A program made the position numbers and the translations under genes. A stretch of DNA of 64,000 nucleotides from Clostridia bacterium (GTDB lineage Bacteria; Bacillota; Clostridia; Oscillospirales; CAG-272): contig JAFUNF010000020.1 of NCBI GenBank assembly GCA_017473085.1, positions 21,523 to 85,522 of the forward strand. The letters run 5' to 3'. Positions 54,444-61,941 of the stretch are shown piece after piece (the stretch's first letter is position 1; the number at the start of each line of letters is the position of its first letter). The notes under the pieces were generated by a model that searched no databases, was not told where the DNA came from, and worked only from the letters and a program-made list of their open reading frames with translations.

Positions 54444-55809
54444 GGAAGAGCTTCACAAGTATTTTATAAGATTGACTCAATCTCGCGCTCGTCTTCTTAT
54501 TGAGTATCCCTTTTATGGAGTACTACTTACTCACGTTAAGCTATCTATTGACGAGGATTGCGAAACTGCCTATACAGATGGCATGCGAATTGCCTTTTCT
54601 CCTGCCTTTCTTGACGATTTAAGCGATAGCGAGGTTGACTTTGTAATGATGCACGAAATCCTTCATATAGTGTTAGTCCACTGTTACAGACAAAAGCCTG
54701 ACCACGAGCTTTTTAATATTGCCTGTGATATAGTTGTAAACTCTAACATTCTTAAATCTAAGGATATGGACAATGGCTCTATTACTCTAAAAAAATATGG
54801 AGAATCAATGCACTTAACTCCTGACAACAAGGAGGGCTATGAGTTTACCGCCGAGGAGGTTTACGATATGCTTGTTAAAAAGCAAGGCTCGTCTAACTCT
54901 CAAAGTAGAGGCAAAAACGGTCAAAAGAATAAGCAAGGTCAAGGACAAGGTCAGGGTCAGGGTCAAGGTGACGATGGTGACGATGACGATGCAAGTGCCA
55001 ATAGTGGTAAGAGTGGCAAGGATAAAAACAAAAAGGGTGGTAAAGGCACTGGCAAATCCAAGAGAAAGCCAGGTGCTTGTCCTGACGAGTTTGATAGCTT
55101 TGACAGTCACGGCAAGTGGAAGCGAGACGGCGAGGCTGATGAGGAGCTTAGCGACAAGTGGACAAAGATTTTAAACGATACTGCACAGGTAATTGAAATT
55201 ACCGAGTCTGACAAGGGTCAAGGCTCTATTCCTCTTTGTGCACAAAGGCTTCTAAAGGAAATTCGCAATCCACAGGTGGATTGGAGAACTATTTTAAACG
55301 ACTTCGTTCAAGAGGATATATGCGATTACTCCTTCTCTCCTCCAGACAGGAGATTTGGAGATTCCGATTTCTTCCTGCCTGACTTTAACGAGAAGGAGGA
55401 CAGAGTTGAAAAAATCCTATTTATGATGGACACCTCTGGCTCTATTACTGATAAAATGCTCGCCTCTGCCTTTTCTGAAATAGTTGGTGCTATTAATCAG
55501 TTTGGTGGTAGATTTGAGGGCTATTTAGGATTTTTCGATGCCGCGATTTACGAGCCTGTACCCTTTGCTTCAGTTGATGATGTTTTGAAAATCCGTCCAC
55601 GAGGTGGTGGTGGTACTAATTTCCATATTATTTTCAAATATGTAAACGAGAAAATGATAGAGGACCCACCTGTTTCCATTATTATTTTAACTGACGGATA
55701 TGCAGATTTTCCAAAGGAATCGGAAGCGAATGGTATTCCTGTTTTGTGGCTCATCAATAACGATGAGATTACTCCACCTTGGGGTAAAATTGCCCGTATC
55801 AAGCTATAA
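54430..55809 (+). CDS. HExxH metallopeptidase-like + vWA domain protein (DUF2201_N/DUF2201-like)
   Basis: 459 aa with MMHEILHIVLVH. It has a low-complexity linker (GQGQGQGQGQGDDGDDDD, then K-rich). The C-terminal vWA has the MIDAS-like motif FMMDTSGSI and later IILTDGYAD. Confidence 0.88.
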   Translation: MALSKEELHKYFIRLTQSRARLLIEYPFYGVLLTHVKLSIDEDCETAYTDGMRIAFSPAFLDDLSDSEVDFVMMHEILHIVLVHCYRQKPDHELFNIACDIVVNSNILKSKDMDNGSITLKKYGESMHLTPDNKEGYEFTAEEVYDMLVKKQGSSNSQSRGKNGQKNKQGQGQGQGQGQGDDGDDDDASANSGKSGKDKNKKGGKGTGKSKRKPGACPDEFDSFDSHGKWKRDGEADEELSDKWTKILNDTAQVIEITESDKGQGSIPLCAQRLLKEIRNPQVDWRTILNDFVQEDICDYSFSPPDRRFGDSDFFLPDFNEKEDRVEKILFMMDTSGSITDKMLASAFSEIVGAINQFGGRFEGYLGFFDAAIYEPVPFASVDDVLKIRPRGGGGTNFHIIFKYVNEKMIEDPPVSIIILTDGYADFPKESEANGIPVLWLINNDEITPPWGKIARIKL

Positions 55810-55818
55810 GGAGGCACA

Positions 55819-56601
55819 ATGAAAAATATTTTATTTAAGAAAAGTAAATATTTGAATATTGCTTTTGCTTGTGTTGGTGACAAATGTCACGAATCTTGCA
55901 AGAAGGCACTTAAATTGGTTAGCTATCATATTGATACTGTTTTGTCAGATGACAACGCTTCTTCCTCTATTTCTCTTCTTCTGTATAAAAGGATAGGAGC
56001 AAAGAAAATTGTTAATGATTTAAAAATTTATGATGCTATATTTTTTGTAGCTGACGTAAACGACGAGGAAAGTGTTAATCGTTGTCTTGAAGCAAGTGAG
56101 CAGTTGGAAAAAGAGAGTGCTTGCTCCTGTATTTTCCTTTCCGAAAATAAAAGGCAAATTGAATCCTCCTTATCGGTTGCTGTGATTAAGGAGAGTGAGC
56201 TTTGTCACACTATTGCAAGACTATTCTCTGCTTGCAATTTAAGTGATGCTCTTGAAAGGGAGCTTAGTCTTGTGCTTGACCTTTCAGAAAAATGCACCTC
56301 TATTTTCAAGTGGGAGCTTTTGTTAAAATCCCTTGGGAGTGGTTGGGAAAAGCGTCTTGACAATATTGACTTAGATGGTGCAACACAGGTCCTTGCAGTA
56401 ATAAAATCTAAGGAGTCTTTATCACTTGAAGCCTATGATGAGCTTTCCTTTGCTCTTATGTCAAGATTAGGTGACGGGATTGATATTTCCTTTGAAACTA
56501 TTCAAGATGAAAAGCTAAAGGGCACTGCTATGCTTAGCATATATTCAGGATATCCGAAAAAGGTGCTTGAATTGGATAGAACAAATTTCACAAAAAATTG
56601 A
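55819..56601 (+). CDS. Degenerate FtsZ/tubulin-like protein (260 aa)
   Basis: AAGGAGG RBS, 9 nt after the vWA gene. Collinear resemblance to FtsZ: [15 protein letters not shown] vs [23 protein letters not shown] vs [21 protein letters not shown] vs [34 protein letters not shown] vs [23 protein letters not shown]. The GGGTGTG loop is missing. The CDS call is firm; the fold call is an inference. Confidence 0.7.
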   Translation: [260 protein letters not shown]

Positions 56602-56645
56602 CAGAATATACTAAAAATTTTTCTATTAAAACAAATATATTTTTC

Positions 56646-56674
56646 TTGAACTATTAAAAAATGTATGTTATACT
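56646..56674 (+). promoter_or_regulatory. Candidate promoter of the guaA-like gene
   Basis: TTGAAC, 17 nt, TATACT. Confidence 0.4.
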
Positions 56675-56714
56675 TTTTTTATCAAAATTTTTGTAATTTT
56701 AGGAGGAATCGGTT

Positions 56715-57716
56715 ATGAATTATAATTTACGTCCAGAAAGCATGGAGCGTATCACTACTCCCGAGCTTGCTAACAGCTTCATCGAGGAGCAGGTTAAGGC
56801 AATAAGAAAGCAGGTTGGAGACAGTAAGGTTTTGCTTGCTCTTTCTGGTGGTGTTGACTCAAGCGTTGTGGCTGCTCTTTTGATTAAGGCAATTGGTAAG
56901 CAATTGATTTGCGTTCATGTTAATCACGGCTTAATGCGTAAGGGCGAAAGCGAAAACGTTATTGAGGTATTTAGAAACGGACTTGATGCTAACCTTATTT
57001 ACGTTGATGCAACTGACAGATTCCTTGGTAAGCTTGAGGGTGTTTCTGACCCTGAAAGCAAGCGTAAGATTATTGGTAAAGAATTTATAAACGTTTTTGC
57101 TGACGAGGCAAGAAAGCTTGAGGGAGTTGAATTCTTAGCTCAGGGTACTATTTATCCCGACATTCTTGAAAGCATTAAGAAGGACGAGGGCAAGGAGGCA
57201 GTTAAATCTCACCACAACGTTGGTGGTCTTCCAGAGGACCTTGAGTTTGAGCTTGTTGAGCCACTTATGCTTCTTTATAAGGACGAGGTAAGAGTTGTTG
57301 GCGAGGCGCTTGGTCTTCCCCATGCTATGGTTTACCGTCAGCCATTCCCAGGTCCTGGACTTGGTGTAAGATGCTTAGGTGCTATTACAAGAGACAGACT
57401 ACACGCACTTCGCGAGGCTGATGCTATTCTTCGTGAGGAATTTGACTTAAATGGTCTTTGTGAAAAGGTTTGGCAATACTTTGTTGTTGTGCCTGATTTA
57501 AAGAGTGTTGGTGTAAGAAACGAAAGCCGTTACGTAGGCTGGAGTGCTATTATTCGTGCAGTTAACACCACTGATGCAATGACTGCAACTATTGAGGAAA
57601 TTCCTTACGCAGTTCTTCACAAGATTACTAATCGTATCGTTACAGAGGTTGAGGGAATCAACCGTGTGCTTTACGACTTAACTCCAAAGCCAACTGGCAC
57701 AATCGAGTGGGAATAA
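56715..57716 (+). CDS. guaA: GMP synthase ATP-pyrophosphatase subunit (GuaA C-terminal half only)
   Basis: 333 aa with the PP-loop LALSGGVDSSV and motifs ..QGTIYPD..ES.., ..HHNVGGLP.., ..LVEPL..L.KDEVR..G..LG.. It ends ..PKPTGTIEWE like full-length GuaA. There is no glutamine amidotransferase domain upstream. Confidence 0.9.
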   Translation: MNYNLRPESMERITTPELANSFIEEQVKAIRKQVGDSKVLLALSGGVDSSVVAALLIKAIGKQLICVHVNHGLMRKGESENVIEVFRNGLDANLIYVDATDRFLGKLEGVSDPESKRKIIGKEFINVFADEARKLEGVEFLAQGTIYPDILESIKKDEGKEAVKSHHNVGGLPEDLEFELVEPLMLLYKDEVRVVGEALGLPHAMVYRQPFPGPGLGVRCLGAITRDRLHALREADAILREEFDLNGLCEKVWQYFVVVPDLKSVGVRNESRYVGWSAIIRAVNTTDAMTATIEEIPYAVLHKITNRIVTEVEGINRVLYDLTPKPTGTIEWE

Positions 57717-57790
57717 GCCGAAGTGTTTCAGAACACACACAAATGTTCTTAGAGAACAATTTTGCGTATTCTCGGAAAAATGAAAATATA

Positions 57791-57837
57791 GCCTTGTAGA
57801 TACAATACATTTTTACAAGGCTTTTTTAACATCAAAA
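57791..57837 (+). terminator. Candidate terminator after the guaA-like gene
   Basis: GCCTTGTAgatacaatacatttTTACAAGGCtttttt. Confidence 0.55.
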
Positions 57838-57948
57838 GGAGGCTTAAATAAATTTGCAAATTTTTTTGTTTATTCCTATTTTGTGTGATATAATTTAACA
57901 AAGACAAGCTTCAATCACGTTATAAATTTAAAGGAGTAGGTAATACAT

Positions 57949-58335
57949 ATGGATTTTTCTAAGGTGACAAGCAAAAAATACGTGGAATATTTTTTAAGCG
58001 TTGATGAATCAAGCATAAATGATGAAATAATGGATGAATTTCTAAATAAAATGATAGAAAGTAGCGAAAGCCTTTACGAGGATGAAATAGCACCACCAAT
58101 TGAGGTTATTAAGGAAATTAAAACAAGGCTTGGGCTTGATGATAACATATATATCATCATAACCCAAATTGTAAGTAGCGATTTGATAGATTCTTTATCA
58201 AGCCTTGAGGTTTTTACGCTTTTATGGTTTATTTCCTGTAAAAATGTTTTTTGCTTCGAAAAGGGTGTTTATTATAATATGACAAAGAACAAAACCATTG
58301 GCAAATTACTAAAAAAGCTCGCTTCCTTTCAGTAA
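57949..58335 (+). CDS. Hypothetical protein (128 aa)
   Basis: AAAGGAG RBS; A+T-rich; no family recognised. Confidence 0.6.
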   Translation: MDFSKVTSKKYVEYFLSVDESSINDEIMDEFLNKMIESSESLYEDEIAPPIEVIKEIKTRLGLDDNIYIIITQIVSSDLIDSLSSLEVFTLLWFISCKNVFCFEKGVYYNMTKNKTIGKLLKKLASFQ

Positions 58336-58516
58336 AAAATATATATTATGTAATTTTTCTCGGTTGTTTTTCTAAACATATTTACCTTAATATCTTTGAG
58401 AATATTAATATTTGTCTTAATGAGATTACTTTTAATTATTCTTAAACAATTTTTGACATCGTCAAAAATCAACTATGAATTTTGTGCTGAAAATTTATAT
58501 AAAGGAGAAAAAATTA

Positions 58517-59070
58517 TGAATGAAGTATGGGTATTAACAGTTAAAACGTCACTTCCAGGGGTGTGTGAATCAAAGGCAGATTTGAAATTAAGCGTGTTTA
58601 CATATAACAGCTTTGAGAATGCTAAGCAAGCATTGAGAAAGAAATTGAAGGAGCTTTCCTTTGCCTCAAATGAAATGTTTGACGGTAATGGTGGAATAAA
58701 GGAATTAGTTAAATATTCTAAAAACAGCGTAGAAGAGCCATATGAAGAAGATGATGAAGAGGTTCTATCAACCAGTGTTACTGACTCAGTAAATGAAATT
58801 TTATTGAAAATTTTTTCAGGAAAAGATACAAGCCTGAAAAAAATACCTGAGTATTGTACTGATTGGAGTATTGCTATCGAAAAGAAAAAGGATGCTCTTT
58901 TAATACACGGAACAGATGATGGTCCATATAACGGATATGATCCTTTTATCTATACGAATATGGCTTCAATGACAGAAGAAAAAAATTATTTCCTTTATAT
59001 AGATGATTACTTCGGTCAAGAGGCTTCATCAGAATTGTACATCGATTTAGTGAAATCGGAAATTGTCTAA
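58517..59070 (+). CDS. Hypothetical protein (184 aa)
   Basis: I prefer the ATG at 58517 (AAAGGAGAA RBS) over the track start at 58396. No family recognised. Confidence 0.65.
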
Positions 59071-59076
59071 GCAATA

Positions 59077-59108
59077 GAAAAAAGCCTTGCGTTTGCAAGG
59101 CTTTTTTT
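59077..59108. terminator. Bidirectional intrinsic terminator
   Basis: aaaaaaGCCTTGCgtttGCAAGGCttttttt. Confidence 0.7.
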
Positions 59109-59109
59109 A

Positions 59110-60258
59110 TCATCTCATGCTCCTAAAGGAGCCACAGGTGCCTGTTTGTCTTACGAAGCTACCGTTACAGCCTCTGCCGTAATTGTAGCATCTGCTACAC
59201 ATACTTGTGTCGTATCTTTTATTGCTTTGTTGCCTCATTTGGTCGGCTTGTCGCTTTAGCTCGTCGCCTTGTCGTCTTAGCTCGTCGTTTTGTTCTCTTG
59301 CTGCTCTTTCCATTTCCCTGTTGTGTCTTCTTTCCTCCTCTGCCTGTCTTCTTAAAATTTCCTCTTGTCTTTGTGCCTCGTTACGTCTTGCCTCTGCCTC
59401 GTTTTCCTTACGCTCGTCGTCAATGGCAAGGTTTAATGCCTCCTTTAAGGTATCGGCTCTTCCACTTTTTAGATTATCGGCTACGTGCAAGGCAAGATAA
59501 TAGTAGCTTGGTGTAAGAACTCCAACTGAGGCAAGCTCCTCTTGAACCTCTTTTTTATGTTCTACCAGCTCATTATTCTTTCTTACGTATTCAAGCTGTG
59601 CCTCCTGCTTTTTTCTGTGGTACTCACTATAAGCGTCGTTTATTTCTGTATGGGTTTGATTTATAAATTTCAAGAAGGAGTTATCAAAGGTAATGCTCTC
59701 CTTTAAGAAGGCTTCTCTTACGTCCTCATTTATTGCTTCGTTTAGTTGGTTTGCCCATTCCTGAAGGCTTTGCTCATAGGCTTGGCATTTTTTATCGTAA
59801 TCTAAAACGTCTGCTCTTCTTGCTCCTGTGAAAACCCAGGGTAGCATTAAGCCGATAAAAACAAGGAATACAGGGAACACCTTGTACGGTACTATGTAAT
59901 CGGGATTTGTAGAAGCCAAAATCATAAAAGCGCCTAAAAATATAAAGGCTACATATACTAAAAATCCGTACACTCCTGCCATCATTACCTTTTTTCCAGT
60001 GTCGCAATCTGGGTCTCTTGGCTTTTTAGGTGGTGCTATTAGCCACTGCTTTGGTAATACTGGACGGCTTGCAATTTTATTCTCATTTGTGCTTATTATT
60101 GTTTCTACCTTTGAGTTTGCATTGCTTATTAAGGAGCGATTTATTTGTGCGTCCTCGTTTTTCAGCTTTTCTATTTTCTCTTTAGTTACATAAATCTCTT
60201 CAACTAAATTTGCGGTCAGATATAATTTATCAATTAGCTCTTTTTTGTTTTCTTCCAT
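59110..60258 (-). CDS. Membrane protein with coiled-coil regions and a Cys-rich C-terminal tail (382 aa)
   Basis: An N-terminal coiled coil, two TM helices, a long Arg/Glu/Gln-rich coiled coil, then CSRCYNYGRGCNGSFVRQTGTCGSF. Confidence 0.75.
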   Translation of the reverse strand: MEENKKELIDKLYLTANLVEEIYVTKEKIEKLKNEDAQINRSLISNANSKVETIISTNENKIASRPVLPKQWLIAPPKKPRDPDCDTGKKVMMAGVYGFLVYVAFIFLGAFMILASTNPDYIVPYKVFPVFLVFIGLMLPWVFTGARRADVLDYDKKCQAYEQSLQEWANQLNEAINEDVREAFLKESITFDNSFLKFINQTHTEINDAYSEYHRKKQEAQLEYVRKNNELVEHKKEVQEELASVGVLTPSYYYLALHVADNLKSGRADTLKEALNLAIDDERKENEAEARRNEAQRQEEILRRQAEEERRHNREMERAAREQNDELRRQGDELKRQADQMRQQSNKRYDTSMCSRCYNYGRGCNGSFVRQTGTCGSFRSMR

Positions 60259-60264
60259 TTTTCC

Positions 60265-60819
60265 TTACCTCCCGTTTCTAAAATTGTGAACAAAGGGTGC
60301 TACAAGCTTTTGGTCGTTTTCGCCCTCTCCTATGGCAATTATCAATCTTTCAAGCCTGTATTGGTCACTTACGTTGCCATTATTACAATAGGAAAGCCTT
60401 TTGTAAGGTGTTTTTTCTGGATTTGAAAAGGCATCTAACTCCTCTTCGTTGTAGTTTGTGAGCAAAAGAATGGTACAGGTATCAAATGAGCCAGTCTTTT
60501 TAAAATACAAAAGCGTTGGGTTTTTGTCCTCGTCTATGATGCTTGGATATGATTGGTAGCTTAGCTTTGATTTGGCTATTCCCTCAGCCAAGAAAAATGC
60601 CATTTTGGTAATTTCCTTTTCGCTTTTGGCTGTGAATACGTTTGTCAGGTATTCGTGGAAAAATGCTACCCTTTTGCCTAAGGTATCAGCTTGCAAATAA
60701 GCTTTTTCGCCCTCTTCGGATAAATACCATTCCTTGTCCTTTTTTACTTCTTTGATTACGTACTTTTCCTTGTCCTTGATAAACAAGAAAAGCGTTTTGG
60801 GTGATACAAATAATTTCAT
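60265..60819 (-). CDS. Hypothetical protein (184 aa)
   Basis: GGAGGAAG RBS, 6 nt upstream of the 382-aa gene (an operon pair). No family recognised. Confidence 0.7.
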   Translation of the reverse strand: MKLFVSPKTLFLFIKDKEKYVIKEVKKDKEWYLSEEGEKAYLQADTLGKRVAFFHEYLTNVFTAKSEKEITKMAFFLAEGIAKSKLSYQSYPSIIDEDKNPTLLYFKKTGSFDTCTILLLTNYNEEELDAFSNPEKTPYKRLSYCNNGNVSDQYRLERLIIAIGEGENDQKLVAPFVHNFRNGR

Positions 60820-60965
60820 TGCTTCCTCCTTTTATATTTAATTTTTATTTATTTTATCATTACTAATGTGTCAAATTGCTCCCACAACTAAGCACGCATA
60901 TTTTTGTTTGAGCCTCGTTGAGTCCTCTTTTTGACACATTGGCTTTGATATACTGACAATAGAAA

Positions 60966-61121
60966 TAAAAAAAGTGCACCCGATTAAGAGTGCACAAAAA
61001 ACGCACAACTCCAATCGTTACCACACGAATTAACCACATACAAGTACGCAGAAAATGGAGTATGCATTTTTATCAATTTTAAAATGCGTACTCTTACGTG
61101 GTTTTATTCAATTCGTGTGGT
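60966..61121 (-). ncRNA. Candidate small RNA (~155 nt): promoter, ~100-nt imperfect hairpin and terminator
   Basis: On the minus strand, a near-consensus promoter (61128-61156) is followed immediately by the long inverted repeat 61120-61021. The hairpin GTGCACtcttaatcggGTGCAC plus TTTTTTT (60995-60966) follows. There is no ORF with an RBS. Confidence 0.45.
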
Positions 61122-61127
61122 GCTATT

Positions 61128-61156
61128 ATTATATCACACATAAAACGAAACTTCAA
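61128..61156 (-). promoter_or_regulatory. Promoter of the candidate sRNA
   Basis: On the minus strand: TTGAAG, 17 nt, TATAAT, with a TG at the extended -10 position. It lies back to back with the azlC promoter. Confidence 0.5.
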
Positions 61157-61177
61157 GTTTTTTTATTATATTTAAAG

Positions 61178-61206
61178 TTGACTTCTTATAATTTGTGTGC
61201 TAAAAT
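61178..61206 (+). promoter_or_regulatory. Candidate azlCD promoter
   Basis: TTGACT, 17 nt, TAAAAT. Confidence 0.4.
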
Positions 61207-61236
61207 ATCTGCATACAATTATATGGGAGCATAAAA

Positions 61237-61941
61237 ATGAAGCAATATTTAAGGGGACTTCGCCTTGGTGTCCCCATTGGGCTTGGATATCTTTCTGTGT
61301 CCTTTACCTTTGGCATTATGGCAGTGTCGCTTGGGCTTTCCTGGTGGCAGGCTGTTTTAATTTCCATGGTTACTCTAACCTCGGCAGGTCAGCTTGCAGG
61401 TGTTCAGGTTATGGTTAATCCTGGTCAATATTTGACTATGCTAATATCTCAGCTTACTATAAATGTAAGGTATTCCTTTATGTCAATTTCCTTGTCACAA
61501 AGGGTATCGACCTCCTTTAAGGGTATTAAAAGGTGGCTTTTGGGATTTTTTATTACTGACGAGATTTTTGCAGTTGCATATCAAGAAAAGGACGTTGAGC
61601 CTAAGCTATTTTTAGGAATTGCCACAACTCCTTGGATTGGTTGGACTCTTGGTACGCTTTTAGGTGCATTGATTGGTAACGTTTTACCACCACTTGTTAT
61701 GGGCGCTCTTTGTCTTGCCATTTATGGTATGTTTTTGGCTATTGTTATTCCACCTGCAAAAAAGTCTAAGCCTATTTTGATTGTAGTTATTATTTCGGCT
61801 ATTTTGAGCTGTATATTTTACTACGTGCCACTTTTCAAGGAAATTCCCTCAGGTATTTCTATTAGCATTTGTGCAATTGTAGCATCTATTATTGGTGCTT
61901 TGCTTTTCCCTATTGAAAGCGAGGTAAATAAAAATGACTGA
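61237..61941 (+). CDS. azlC: AzlC-family branched-chain amino acid exporter subunit
   Basis: 234 aa, multi-TM. ..PIGLGYLSVSFTFGI.. and ..SAGQLAG.. are typical of AzlC. It is followed by an overlapping azlD. Confidence 0.88.
   Translation: MKQYLRGLRLGVPIGLGYLSVSFTFGIMAVSLGLSWWQAVLISMVTLTSAGQLAGVQVMVNPGQYLTMLISQLTINVRYSFMSISLSQRVSTSFKGIKRWLLGFFITDEIFAVAYQEKDVEPKLFLGIATTPWIGWTLGTLLGALIGNVLPPLVMGALCLAIYGMFLAIVIPPAKKSKPILIVVIISAILSCIFYYVPLFKEIPSGISISICAIVASIIGALLFPIESEVNKND

Noticed and set aside
54814-55174. ORFs 54814..55110 (-) and 54839..55174 (+) in the vWA gene linker
   Set aside because: They are alternative-frame or antisense readings of the GQ/D/K-rich short-period repeat. They lie inside a well-supported gene and have no independent signals.
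44963-57716. Prophage/ICE interpretation of the helicase-MoxR-vWA region
   Set aside because: No integrase, relaxase, terminase, capsid or tail genes, or att-like flanking repeats are recognisable in or around it. I therefore did not annotate a mobile element. It remains an alternative explanation, tested under the main finding.
61021-61120. Type I toxin or small peptide (27 codons, MHTPFSAYLYVVNSCGNDWSCAFFVHS) inside the candidate sRNA
   Set aside because: There is no Shine-Dalgarno sequence upstream of the ATG. The peptide is not a convincing TM helix, and the start codon is buried in the predicted stem.
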